This document shows positions 1 through 9,958 of a stretch of DNA of 64,000 nucleotides, piece after piece; position 1 is the stretch's first letter, and every line of letters begins with the position of its first letter. The notes beneath the pieces are model-generated. The model did no database searches and was not told the origin of the DNA. It saw nothing but the letters and a program-made list of their open reading frames with translations. Source of the DNA: Spirochaetota bacterium (lineage in GTDB: Bacteria; Spirochaetota; UBA12135; COTS27); the NCBI GenBank assembly GCA_013426755.1, contig AP019861.1, positions 1,383,527-1,447,526 on the forward strand. Direction: 5' to 3'. The translations under genes and the position numbers were made by a program.

Positions 1-438
1 TTCAATCTAGTAGATCACCACTTAAAAATGCAGTATTTCTATCATAATCTTAGCGTACATTGATAATCTTAGTGCATTGATAATTTTAATATGAGTTCAA
101 TTCTTATAACTAGAAAAACTAGCCCTATTTGAAAAAAATTGCTATGCAAAAAAATGGCTATGTTTTGTAAAATTTCACCGTTAAATGGTTAAAATAACAT
201 TATAATTGTATTATTCTGTAACCAATACTTAACATAATGCTATAATATTAAAATAATGCTGCAATATCGTCGTTTTATGTAGCTAATGTTAATTTAACGT
301 GATGTTGTCATTATATCAATCATTTAATTAAAGTATATCAAATACTAAAATAATAACTATTAACCACTACCAACATCATTATTAACCCACCCAAGCAATA
401 AACGTATTTTATTATAAAGAATCATAGGAAAAGTTGTC

Positions 439-3400
439 ATGAATCTACTAAAAATAATAAATAATCCATTGAGAAACGATCCGTTAGAAAACGGTCAATT
501 GAGAAATAATCAGTTGAGGAATGATCCATTGAGGAGTAATCTATTGGGAATTTTTGTCCCGAAATATGCAGGTTACTTAAAAATTAAGAATATTGTTTCA
601 AGGCTTGCTGTCTTGAATGTAGTATTGCTTGTTTCATTAAGTGTAGTATTTTTGGGTAGCTGTACTTCATCAGAGAACAATTCTGTAGCAGCACCGGACA
701 GTAAAGTAACACAACTCGCTAATCTCATCAAAAATAGCAATCCAGATATTGGTAGTCTAAGCATTACCGCCGATGCTATAAATTCCAAAGCAATCTCACT
801 TAGTATAGAAGGACTTACAAATAAAAGTTCAGAAGCAGCAACATGGACCATTAAAATAGATCAAGATAAAGGCATCACAACCACACCCACTAATTTAGAG
901 ATCACAGCTTCAGCGCCAATCTCACCACAGCAACAATCTAATATGATAAAAGTTGCATTCGGAGCAGAACCGCCTGTCCCCTATACCATTAAAACAAGTA
1001 TAAGTGGGGCACCTGTTAGTGAGTGGTTTACAGCAGAGAATATAAATAATTATCTCACAGCGACCTTTGCATCCAAAAGGGCGACATTGATGTTAGATGG
1101 AACTGTGCTTACATTGACAGGATTGACTAATTCTTTCTCTGGAACAGGAACAATTAACTTTAATCTGCCCTCCGGCTTCACAACTGCTTCAAATACAATT
1201 AATCTTACAGATCCTGACGGTAATAACATTAATACTGCGACATTGGAACTTGATCCAGCGACTTTTAGCATCAGTGAGATTGCTAATTCTAATAACAGCG
1301 AATCTTACACGATTGCTCCAATCACACTTGAAAAGTTAAACCGATTTACGCCCGGCGAACACATTGAAATAAGCCGAGGTGCTACTATTACAGGACTTAT
1401 TTTTACCGAACCAGATGGGGCAGGCGTACCCAGTATTCGAATCGAAGGCTTAACAAATGATAGGCAATTAGCTACCACTCCTTACACGCTTACCATCAGA
1501 GAACGACCTGAGTTCTTCATGACACCCAATAATGCTCCGATAACAATTACAATAAGTCCGCCACTTAATAATAATATGATCTCACCTGGTATCGCCGTCC
1601 TCTCTGCGAATACTTTTAGGCTTACCCATCAGGGAGAAAGCAACCCTACGATTTATGCCCTTGAAGTTCGCTTAAGAGGAAGTAGCCCTGAGTTTTGGTT
1701 CACCGCAAGAAATAATCCAAGTGAGTACATAGGTCTTCAATTTGCAGGACAAGATGCCAGTCTATCTTTTCAAAACAATCCAGGAGATGGTCTTGATGTC
1801 TCAGATCCTAAACTTTACACCAGAAGCGATATTACAAACACGGTTAATGGAGAGATCAAATTAATAGAAAAGACAATGTTCCCACCAGGATTTACGCTGT
1901 CAAGCACTCCAACGCCTCTACTAGACCCAGATGGCACCGGGCTAGCTGCTTTTACAGACCATCCACTAGGTATGATGACGATTACTGAAACAGATTATCC
2001 TGCTAATACGAAATCATATCCCGTATTCCTAGACCTGAAGGAATATCGTTCTCCAATACAAATGGCAGACATCACATTTAATTATAGAGGTCTCTCTCCT
2101 GATATCCAGATTACGACTAATAGCATTGTTATTTCAGGAATCACAAATACTGATGGAACGGATCAGGGTACTTTTACGCTAACGACTACGGATTCAAGTC
2201 AATATACAATAGACCCAAACCCAACCCAATTCACATTCAATAATCCTGATGGAACAGATGCTACCAATGTAGAATTAGGTACTATAAACGTGTCAAATAA
2301 GGCTTTCACGAATGTTGTTCCTTATACGGTTACCGTCAGATTTTCTCCGCCTCTCCAATTAAAAGTGACTAGTGCTAGTATTGTAGGAGGGGAAGCAACC
2401 ATCAGTGCCGGCGGAATGATTACTGTAGAATCAAGCCGTAATTGTGAGTTTTTAGCAGCACCTACGATAGAGATCCCTGGTTTTCCTGGAGGAAGTGTCG
2501 ATGCCTCAACACCTTTTCCTAAGTATTATTCTTGGAATAGTGATGACACCACCCCAGCTGATACTAACGACAACATTGTAGCTGAGCGTAATCTAGTCCT
2601 CAAAAACGGTGGAACTAACATTAGCGATAGCTTCAATGTCAAAGTTTCATTTCCTCCTTGTAATACATTTGCAAGCACAGGGGTAGGAACTAGCGCGAAT
2701 CCCTTCGAGATAGACAACGCTCAAAGATTAGAGTTATTCTCTTATCTAGTCAATAAAATGAACACCACAGCGCTGCCAGCCCCATCGACACTTAATTTCG
2801 GTAACGCCCATTATGAAATAACTGCTGCTATAGACTTAAGCCAAAATGATTTGCCGTGGAGTAAAACAGGAGGACAACCTGCAAACCCAGGCTTCGCTCC
2901 TATCGGAATTGATTCTACGAGTAATTTTTCAGGAACAGTAGACTGTGGCAGCAACACAATCTCAGGACTGTATATCAATAGACCCAGCGCCGATAACATA
3001 GGGCTCTTTGGATATGCTACTACTACCAGTGCCAAAATAAGTAACTGCTTTGTTACGGGCGTTGATATTACAGGAAGAACTAATGTAGGTGGTTTGATTG
3101 GAAAAGCGAATGATCTTACCATCACAAGTTCTTACACGACGGGGTCTGTTTCAGGCGACACGTCGGTAGGTGGCTTGGTCGGAGATACTTATAATGCTGC
3201 TATTTCAAACTCCTATTCAGCGAGTTCTGTTTCAGTAACCACGCTGCAGGGAGGCGGTTTGGTTGGGATTATTAGTAATTCTACTGTAACCTCCTCTTAC
3301 GCAACAGGTTCTGTTACGGCAACTGGTACAGGACCTGCAGCTGCAGTTATAGGGGGCTTGGTTGGATACAATAATGGAACTTCTGCTATCACAGATTCTT

Positions 3401-3813
3401 ATGCAGCGGGTACTGTTTCAACACCTACCCTCTTTTCTGTAGGTGGTTTAGTTGGAAGTAGTGATAGTGGCGTTACGATCAGTAATTCCTATGCGATAGG
3501 TGCTGTTTCTGGTTCACTCATAGTAGGTGGACTAGTTCCACAAACTACAGGCGTTACAACTTCTTACTGGAATACTCAAACCTCAGGTCAGACGGCTGGT
3601 GGTGGTACGGGCAGAACAACCGCTCAAATGCAAGTAGCCGCTCCGGTAACCGCTGTTCCTGGTACAGGTGAAGTTGATAACAGGGTTTATGTGAACTGGG
3701 ATACGAGCACCTGGAAGTTTGCTACTGGCAGATACCCACGTCTTATAAATGTCGTCTGTGCCAATCACCAAGACGACGCAGCTGCAACTGACTGCACGAG
3801 CATGCTGCAGTAA
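439..3813 (+). CDS. Large predicted surface lipoprotein with C-terminal GLUG-type (VGGLVG) repeats; divergent paralog 1 of 5
   Basis: 1124-aa ORF. A hydrophobic stretch is followed by the lipobox FLGSC. The C-terminal ~350 aa hold about 10 copies of a ~20-aa unit (S-x-S-Y-A/S-x-G-x-V-S/T-G-x3-VGGLVG), the GLUG-motif pattern. The protein ends W-K-F-x4-YPRLINVVCANHQ...C like the other four paralogs. ATG 439 lies inside a 15-bp tandem repeat; in-frame TTG 544, preceded by GAGGAG (531-536), is the more convincing start. Confidence 0.8.
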   Translation: MNLLKIINNPLRNDPLENGQLRNNQLRNDPLRSNLLGIFVPKYAGYLKIKNIVSRLAVLNVVLLVSLSVVFLGSCTSSENNSVAAPDSKVTQLANLIKNSNPDIGSLSITADAINSKAISLSIEGLTNKSSEAATWTIKIDQDKGITTTPTNLEITASAPISPQQQSNMIKVAFGAEPPVPYTIKTSISGAPVSEWFTAENINNYLTATFASKRATLMLDGTVLTLTGLTNSFSGTGTINFNLPSGFTTASNTINLTDPDGNNINTATLELDPATFSISEIANSNNSESYTIAPITLEKLNRFTPGEHIEISRGATITGLIFTEPDGAGVPSIRIEGLTNDRQLATTPYTLTIRERPEFFMTPNNAPITITISPPLNNNMISPGIAVLSANTFRLTHQGESNPTIYALEVRLRGSSPEFWFTARNNPSEYIGLQFAGQDASLSFQNNPGDGLDVSDPKLYTRSDITNTVNGEIKLIEKTMFPPGFTLSSTPTPLLDPDGTGLAAFTDHPLGMMTITETDYPANTKSYPVFLDLKEYRSPIQMADITFNYRGLSPDIQITTNSIVISGITNTDGTDQGTFTLTTTDSSQYTIDPNPTQFTFNNPDGTDATNVELGTINVSNKAFTNVVPYTVTVRFSPPLQLKVTSASIVGGEATISAGGMITVESSRNCEFLAAPTIEIPGFPGGSVDASTPFPKYYSWNSDDTTPADTNDNIVAERNLVLKNGGTNISDSFNVKVSFPPCNTFASTGVGTSANPFEIDNAQRLELFSYLVNKMNTTALPAPSTLNFGNAHYEITAAIDLSQNDLPWSKTGGQPANPGFAPIGIDSTSNFSGTVDCGSNTISGLYINRPSADNIGLFGYATTTSAKISNCFVTGVDITGRTNVGGLIGKANDLTITSSYTTGSVSGDTSVGGLVGDTYNAAISNSYSASSVSVTTLQGGGLVGIISNSTVTSSYATGSVTATGTGPAAAVIGGLVGYNNGTSAITDSYAAGTVSTPTLFSVGGLVGSSDSGVTISNSYAIGAVSGSLIVGGLVPQTTGVTTSYWNTQTSGQTAGGGTGRTTAQMQVAAPVTAVPGTGEVDNRVYVNWDTSTWKFATGRYPRLINVVCANHQDDAAATDCTSMLQ
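463..552. repeat. 15-bp tandem repeat x6 overlapping the 5' end, SD and alternative start of the first GLUG lipoprotein gene
   Basis: Units read directly: aatccattgagaaac / gatccgttagaaaac / ggtcaattgagaaat / aatcagttgaggaat / gatccattgaggagt / aatctattgggaatt. If translated from ATG 439 they give NPLRN-DPLEN-GQLRN-NQLRN-DPLRS-NLLGI. Confidence 0.85.
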
Positions 3814-3831
3814 AAAACTAGATGTGGCACT

Positions 3832-3868
3832 TAACCTTCTCTCTGTGCAGAGCATGGGGAGAAGGTTA
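3832..3868. terminator. Perfect 10-bp inverted repeat between convergent genes (possible bidirectional terminator)
   Basis: taaccttctc (3832-3841) pairs with gagaaggtta (3859-3868) around a 17-nt loop. It lies exactly between the stop of the 439-3813 CDS and the stop of the 3869-4726 CDS. There is no clear T-run, so this is weak as an intrinsic terminator. Confidence 0.3.
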
Positions 3869-4726
3869 TCAGTGGTGGTGACGCAGGAAGGAACGAAAAT
3901 GTTTAGATTTGATGTCTTTAAAAACGACTTCGGTTCTTCCCAGTTCTTCTATTTTACCATTGTAAAAGAAAGCTATTTTATTAGCGACTTCACGTGAAAA
4001 GCGGATTTCATGTGAAACTATTAACATAGTGATCTTTTCACGTGCTAACTTTTTAATGACATTGAGAACTTCATGTACTAATTCGGGGTCTAGTGCGGAA
4101 GTCGGTTCATCAAATAAAATAAGCTCAGGATCAATAGCCAGCGCCCGCGCAATCGCAACGCGTTGTTTTTGTCCACCAGAAAGCTGCGACGGATAATGAC
4201 TAGCATGATCTGTAAGACTGACTTTTTCTAATAGGTGCATGCCTTTTTCCTTCGCTTCACGTTTGTTAAGCCCCCAGACATGAACCGGCGCCTCAATAAT
4301 ATTTTCTAACGCAGTCAGATGCGACCACAGGTTAAAACTTTGAAAGACCATTGCTATTTTTGAGCGAAATCTTATGATCTGCTTATGCGTAAGTTCATTG
4401 CGATTAAATTTGTGAAGACCGCTTATTTCTTTGCGATCAAGGTTCTCTCGTGAGGCAAACTTCGTAGGAGGTTCGTTTAAATCTAATAACATATTATTGA
4501 AATAAATTGTCCCCCCACTAGGGATTTCTAATAAATTGATACAGCGTAAAAACGTGCTTTTACCAGACCCTGATGCCCCAAGAATTCCTATAACATCGCA
4601 TTTTTCTGCTGCTAGATCAATACCCCGTAGGATACTCTTTTCACCAAAGGATTTTTTGATGCCCGTTACTTTCAATAAAGGCTTAGAAGGGTCAGAATCT
4701 ATGAGATTTCCTGAATTAGCTTCCAC
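3869..4726 (-). CDS. ABC transporter ATP-binding protein, polar amino acid (HisP/GlnQ/ArtP-like) family
   Basis: Walker A GASGSGKST, FLRCINLLE motif, signature LSGGQKQRVAIARAL, Walker B LILFDEPTSALD, H-loop VSHE. It contains a ~35-aa insertion (NEPPTKFASRENLDRKEISGLHKFNRNELTHK) relative to what I expect for this family. Confidence 0.9.
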   Translation of the reverse strand: MEANSGNLIDSDPSKPLLKVTGIKKSFGEKSILRGIDLAAEKCDVIGILGASGSGKSTFLRCINLLEIPSGGTIYFNNMLLDLNEPPTKFASRENLDRKEISGLHKFNRNELTHKQIIRFRSKIAMVFQSFNLWSHLTALENIIEAPVHVWGLNKREAKEKGMHLLEKVSLTDHASHYPSQLSGGQKQRVAIARALAIDPELILFDEPTSALDPELVHEVLNVIKKLAREKITMLIVSHEIRFSREVANKIAFFYNGKIEELGRTEVVFKDIKSKHFRSFLRHHH

Positions 4727-4969
4727 TATCAGTAACGTTCATCAAATTTCAATGGATAAGCAAAGTTTTTCAATAATAAAGATCGGGGGCAAATAGTGGT
4801 TATTAAAAATTGGGTACTCAAAACTAAGGTCATAATATTAAGATTTTAAGATTATAAGACGCTAGCCTACTATTCGTTACCCGATAGCTAAAAACTAGAC
4901 AAATAATTATACTATCAATCCTCTATTTCTACGAAAATCTTACATTGACTGGTGATTCAAAGAACTAAA

Positions 4970-6301
4970 TCAGGTCAATAACCAATTTTCAAGAGCTTCA
5001 CGCTGAGTTGGAAGGAGAGCCGTATTTTTATCTGGGGTAATGGTAGCTAGTAAATTGACGGCGCCATCGGAGGTGATAAGAATGTCATTTTCTAAGCGGA
5101 CTCCGATACCTTCTTCGCGTACATAAATGCCAGGTTCTAATGTGAGCACCATGTTTTCTTTAAAATCTCCTGTAAGATCGCCTACGTCATGAACTTCTAG
5201 TCCTAAGAAATGAGAAATACCATGCATGAAATATTTTTGATACTGTTCTGTTTGTTTTTTTTCATCACTGCTCGTGATGAGGCCTAGTTTTCCGAGTGCT
5301 TCGGTCATGGTTGCCCTCACGTATTCCTGGTATGCTTTAAAACTTAGGCCTGGTTTCATGAAGGCAAGGACGTTATCATGCACACTAGCGACAGCGTCAT
5401 AAATTTCAGCCGTACGTTTTAGAAATTGCCTCCCAATTGGAAAGACACGCGTAAGGTCTGCGTTATACTCACCGTAGCGGGCGCCAATGTCAAGGAGCAC
5501 ATGTCCTGCCTGCCCTAACCATTTATCATTGGTAAGGTAATGGAGAATACAACTACGCTCATTACCAGCAATAATAGGTTCGTAAGCAAAATCTGCCCCC
5601 CCTGCTAAAAGGAGATGCCGTTTTAACTCTGCTTGAAGTTCGTACTCTAAAAGGTTACCTTTTTTTACAAGTGGTTTAATAGCCGTTAACATCGCTACGG
5701 TAATAGCCAGTGCCGATCTAATCATTTCAAGTTCTTCAGGTTGTTTCACCGATCTAAGCTTCTTCATAAGCGGAGCAAGTCTCTTATAACGATGAAGTGG
5801 GTAACGTTCTCTTATTTTTAATAGATTTTGATAATTTAGATTTGTAGCCTCTGCTGTTGGATTCCTTCGTCTATGCTCATCTAGGAGAAAGTACAATGTT
5901 TCTACGGACGTGCTCCATTGATTGAGATGTGTTTCAAATTCGCTACGTGGTTTGATAAGACGGATTCCTGATATCTCAGCTGCTTTTTCGTGGGTGAACG
6001 TACTTCCCGTCCACAGCCGCTCATAAGTACCCGCTTCATCGACACATAATAATTCATCGTACGAATCATCGCTCTTACGCATAAGCAGTAATACCGCATT
6101 TTTCTCTAAAATACCTGTGAGGTAGTAAAATGACGTATTCTGGCGGAAGGGATAATTGGAGTCGCCATTGTGAATGTACGTATTATTTCCCCAGACGATA
6201 GCTAGCGCATCTAATGGAAGTTCTGCTGCCAGTCTCGTTCTATTGTTCTTAAAGAACGTGTTCGCTATGGGTTTTGCGCGGCGTGATTTTCTAACTTTCA
6301 C
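4970..6301 (-). CDS. pepP: Xaa-Pro aminopeptidase (aminopeptidase P)
   Basis: 443 aa, colinear with E. coli PepP as I recall it: YPFRQNTSFYYLTG, CILHY, DIGARYGEYNADLTRVFP, FMHGISHFLGLEVHDVG, LTLEPGIY, GIGVRLENDILIT (M24B metal ligands). Confidence 0.9.
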   Translation of the reverse strand: MKVRKSRRAKPIANTFFKNNRTRLAAELPLDALAIVWGNNTYIHNGDSNYPFRQNTSFYYLTGILEKNAVLLLMRKSDDSYDELLCVDEAGTYERLWTGSTFTHEKAAEISGIRLIKPRSEFETHLNQWSTSVETLYFLLDEHRRRNPTAEATNLNYQNLLKIRERYPLHRYKRLAPLMKKLRSVKQPEELEMIRSALAITVAMLTAIKPLVKKGNLLEYELQAELKRHLLLAGGADFAYEPIIAGNERSCILHYLTNDKWLGQAGHVLLDIGARYGEYNADLTRVFPIGRQFLKRTAEIYDAVASVHDNVLAFMKPGLSFKAYQEYVRATMTEALGKLGLITSSDEKKQTEQYQKYFMHGISHFLGLEVHDVGDLTGDFKENMVLTLEPGIYVREEGIGVRLENDILITSDGAVNLLATITPDKNTALLPTQREALENWLLT

Positions 6302-6426
6302 ATTAAGTCTTAGCTCTCGTTAAAGATTTTATCCACATTTAAGGGGTGTTACCCTGCCCTCCTTCCGATCACCACTACATCACTAAGTAGTGATCTAGCG
6401 GTGAAAAGGATAAGTCATGCATCTAG

Positions 6427-9400
6427 CTACGGTAACGGGCTCGTGCAGGCGGCTGCGTCTTGATTGTCCTGCCGGTTGGCACAGACGACATTTTTGAGAC
6501 GTGGGTATTGGTTTTGGGTGAAGTTCCAGACCTGGTCTGAGAGAACCATGCCCATACTATCCTTATCCCAATCCACATACACCGAAGCAGCACCAGTCGG
6601 CACAATCGCAGACACACGCAACTGATCTGTAGTCCGTCCTGTCACGTTAGCAGTCGTCACAGGAGAAGCTCCTGTGGTATCACTACCTACGCCTTTTTTA
6701 TCCGTCTGCACAGCGCCTCCTACCGTTAACGTAGCATCCGTACTGAAGTAGGAACTCGTTACACCAGTACTCGTAGCCATTATAGGATTAGCAGTAGCAT
6801 TATAACCGATAAAAAGCCCTACATTATCCCCTGTTCCTGAGACATTCCCGGTCGCATAGGTATTAGTGATCGTCCCACTATAGTTTAGCCCGACTAAACC
6901 TCCGACATTAGAACTCATTCCTGTTACATTCACACGCGCATAGGAATCTTTAATGAAAGCAGGATCAGACATTTCCCCGACTAAACCTCCAACTATATGA
7001 CCCGTCCCTGTTATAGAGCCTATCGCATAAGAACTTGTGATCGTAGACTGACTCATAGACCCGACTAAACCTCCAACAGAATCACTCATCCCTGTTACAT
7101 TCGCGATCGCATAGGAATTAGTGATCGTAGACCGATAACCATTCCCAACTAAGCCCCCGACACTAGACCCCTCTGCTGATAAGGTTACATCAGCGTAGGA
7201 ATCACTGACCGAAGAACCGAAACCAAGAAACCCAACTAAGCCTCCGGCATTAGTGTCCTGAAGGTTAGGGAGAGTTATTTCTGTTACGGAGCCTCCTGTT
7301 ACGGAGGAGTTACTGATCGTAGAACTATGCGTAAACCCGACTAATCCTCCTGTGTCAGAACCTGCCGTAATGTTAACGTCAGTTAGACCGCAGTTTTTAA
7401 TCGTAGCATTTGAAGCATTGCCTACTAATCCTACACCATTAATACGTCTATTAATATAAAGTCCTGAGATGCTGTTACTCGCACAGTCAAGCGTTCCCGA
7501 GAACGAATTACTAGAGAGAGTACCAGTTCCGATCGGGTAAAACCCCTTACCCGTAGCCCCCATCTCATGAGGATGTTTACTGCCTACTTCACTGCGCGGA
7601 AATCCCGCCAGTCCCATATCAATATTTCCCATCAGTTTATACTCTTTATTACCATAAGTACCCCTATCACTAATAACGAGGTGCGACATGAGGTCTAACC
7701 TCGGGGCATTATCTATCTCGTAGGGCGTACCACTATCACCTGTTCCACCAGCAAAAGTCGTACACTCTGGGAACTCTAATCTAATTATAAATTCACTGGT
7801 GAGAACAGTAGTATTTCCTTCTGCGTCCACGTCTTCTAAGGTAAGTTTACGAGCAACTGTACGTTTACTAGTCATCGCATCCAATGTGTCTCGATCACGG
7901 TCATAGTAGCGCGGAAAGGGTGTCGCATCCGCTATCTTACCACGCGGAAAACCAACGATAGTTATCGTAGGTGCTGCTAACAGCTCACAAGCTCCCGTCG
8001 TAATCGCAATAGTAGTTCCTGGGTCAACATTTTCTAAGGGAGAACCTGTAATCTCTGTTCCCTCGATACGCAACTGAATATCACCGTCAAACCTAACGGT
8101 AACCGGATGCGGGATTTCTCTCATCGTACGGGTATTAGTAACCGTTATCATCCCTAGTGGTACGTTAGTAACGGCTTTTCCTGATGGATCCGTAATCTCT
8201 AAGGAGAGCGGCGTTACCGTATAATCAGCCCGTACTGTATCGGCAACTGTAACCGTACCCATCTGTGGTGTACCTGTATCGTCATTTGTAAACCCTATGA
8301 TCGTAATATTAGTCGTCTCTATGATTATTGAAGTAGCAGGCATCCCACCATATGTAGCCGTGATATTCCCCGTTAGCGGTGAATTATACGCCGCTAGTGT
8401 GATCCTTACGTTGTACGTCTGGCTATTATTAGGATTATCTGTTTCAAAAATCCTGATCGTGCCGATTGACGCACTGGTCACCGCAGCAAACCCATCGCCA
8501 GTGGGACTCGTAATCGCAGTCGTACTCAGATCAAAGCCCCTAGGAAAGTTTATATCAAAAAGAGCCTTTTCCTCAGGTTCGTTCGCAAAGTTACTATCAC
8601 CGCCAATGACTATCTGCTTCATCGCCTCGTTAAGTATAATTGAGTTCGCAGCGATCCCTGCGAAACCAACTCGCATGATATATTTGCTTAAATCAGTTGC
8701 TGTAAACCAGTCGCTTACAGGAGCGCCACTAAATACGACTTCTAAGGTATAAATCGTAGCCTCACTATCGCCGCTATTGATGAGAGAAATCGTCGGGGCA
8801 GAACTGCTGTCCATCGGATCGGTAATATCTCCATCAGTACCAGGTGAAAAATCAAATTCACCCATAGTTCCATGAGGTTCAGCGATAGTCCGTGTGATCG
8901 GGGCATTGCCTGGTGTAGTGAATAACCCATCAACCTCGGCAATCGTAAGTGTGTAGTTACTGAGTCCTGCTTTATTTGTGAGCCCTTCGATACGAATAAC
9001 ATTGCTCCCGTCTTCCGTGACAATACCCCTAATAGCGAGCGTGCTCGTAATATCTGTGCCTGGTGTACTGCCGTCTCCTTCTGTGATCTTAACATGAAGT
9101 CCTGGCGTAAATCGTGTCAGGGCTGCTAACGGAACGTCTGCGATTGTGTATTCTACTGAGTTGTTAGCATTTCCTGTTTCAGCGATCGTGAAAGTATTCG
9201 GATTGGGCGTGATCGTTGCTGCTCCTGTTCCATCAGGATTGGGAAGTGTGATCGAATCAGGCGTTGCTGTAAAACCTTCGGGCAGAGTGAATGTGATCTC
9301 GCCATCTCCTGTGGGGCTATTCGTAAAACCTGCTATAGAAAGAGTCGTTCCATCAATAGAGAACGTGCCCCCTTGACTTCCGAATGTTGCTGCTACGTAG

Positions 9401-9867
9401 TTACTTAGATTATCACCAGCAAACCAATCATTCACAGGAGCGCCTCCTATCGCAGTTATTACTGTGTAGGAGACGGGGGCTTCCTCTCCAAACGTGACTA
9501 TTAGATCAGACATGACTTCATCAGGTGAGATAAACTTTGTTGCTACTACGGTGAGGCTGGCTGGGGTAGTCGTGATACCTTGCGTCTGGTCGATATCAAT
9601 AGTGATTCTAACCGGATCCCCTGAGATCTTATTAACCAAGCCTGCGGCAATCCTAAGCTTAGGGCTACTCGGGTCAGAATTATCTACCGTAACATCAATT
9701 CCGCTAAGGTCTGGATTGCTCGTTTTAATGAGATTCGCTAGCAATGTCGGATTATCAGACGGTGCTGTCCCATCGCCTGGTGATGACGATGGAGCGCAAC
9801 TACTAAGTCCAATTAACATGATACTGCAGAAAATTATTATTAAATCTTTGAAAGCTCTATATTTCAT
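6427..9867 (-). CDS. GLUG-repeat lipoprotein, tandem copy A (1146 aa)
   Basis: Signal peptide with lipobox LSSC. The N-terminal ~750 aa consist of internally repeated modules (GITTTP, GAPV-x-DWF, RIEGLTNK). The C-terminal region has about 10 VGGLVG (GLUG-type) repeats and the tail WNFTQNQYPRLKNVVCANRQDNQDAAACTSPLP. SD GAGGA lies 5 nt upstream of the ATG. Confidence 0.9.
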   Translation of the reverse strand: MKYRAFKDLIIIFCSIMLIGLSSCAPSSSPGDGTAPSDNPTLLANLIKTSNPDLSGIDVTVDNSDPSSPKLRIAAGLVNKISGDPVRITIDIDQTQGITTTPASLTVVATKFISPDEVMSDLIVTFGEEAPVSYTVITAIGGAPVNDWFAGDNLSNYVAATFGSQGGTFSIDGTTLSIAGFTNSPTGDGEITFTLPEGFTATPDSITLPNPDGTGAATITPNPNTFTIAETGNANNSVEYTIADVPLAALTRFTPGLHVKITEGDGSTPGTDITSTLAIRGIVTEDGSNVIRIEGLTNKAGLSNYTLTIAEVDGLFTTPGNAPITRTIAEPHGTMGEFDFSPGTDGDITDPMDSSSAPTISLINSGDSEATIYTLEVVFSGAPVSDWFTATDLSKYIMRVGFAGIAANSIILNEAMKQIVIGGDSNFANEPEEKALFDINFPRGFDLSTTAITSPTGDGFAAVTSASIGTIRIFETDNPNNSQTYNVRITLAAYNSPLTGNITATYGGMPATSIIIETTNITIIGFTNDDTGTPQMGTVTVADTVRADYTVTPLSLEITDPSGKAVTNVPLGMITVTNTRTMREIPHPVTVRFDGDIQLRIEGTEITGSPLENVDPGTTIAITTGACELLAAPTITIVGFPRGKIADATPFPRYYDRDRDTLDAMTSKRTVARKLTLEDVDAEGNTTVLTSEFIIRLEFPECTTFAGGTGDSGTPYEIDNAPRLDLMSHLVISDRGTYGNKEYKLMGNIDMGLAGFPRSEVGSKHPHEMGATGKGFYPIGTGTLSSNSFSGTLDCASNSISGLYINRRINGVGLVGNASNATIKNCGLTDVNITAGSDTGGLVGFTHSSTISNSSVTGGSVTEITLPNLQDTNAGGLVGFLGFGSSVSDSYADVTLSAEGSSVGGLVGNGYRSTITNSYAIANVTGMSDSVGGLVGSMSQSTITSSYAIGSITGTGHIVGGLVGEMSDPAFIKDSYARVNVTGMSSNVGGLVGLNYSGTITNTYATGNVSGTGDNVGLFIGYNATANPIMATSTGVTSSYFSTDATLTVGGAVQTDKKGVGSDTTGASPVTTANVTGRTTDQLRVSAIVPTGAASVYVDWDKDSMGMVLSDQVWNFTQNQYPRLKNVVCANRQDNQDAAACTSPLP

Positions 9868-9891
9868 CTTATCCTCTATACGCTTATAAAT

Positions 9892-9920
9892 ATAGTATAA
9901 CTTCTCGTGCTCTTTTTGAA
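9892..9920 (-). promoter_or_regulatory. Putative sigma70-like promoter of tandem copy A in the 91-bp spacer
   Basis: On the minus strand: TTCAAA (9920-9915), 17-nt spacer, TACTAT (9897-9892), about 25 nt upstream of ATG 9867. The same arrangement is found in the next spacer. Motif match only. Confidence 0.3.
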
Positions 9921-9958
9921 GTGCTATTAGTTTGGTTATGGGTTAGGTATCGTGCTAG

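Noticed and set aside
6329-6337. A perfect DnaA-box consensus, TTATCCACA, upstream of pepP.
   Set aside because: It is a single isolated 9-mer in AT-rich DNA, which is about what chance predicts for 64 kb on two strands. There is no cluster, no AT-rich unwinding element arrangement, and no dnaA or dnaN nearby.
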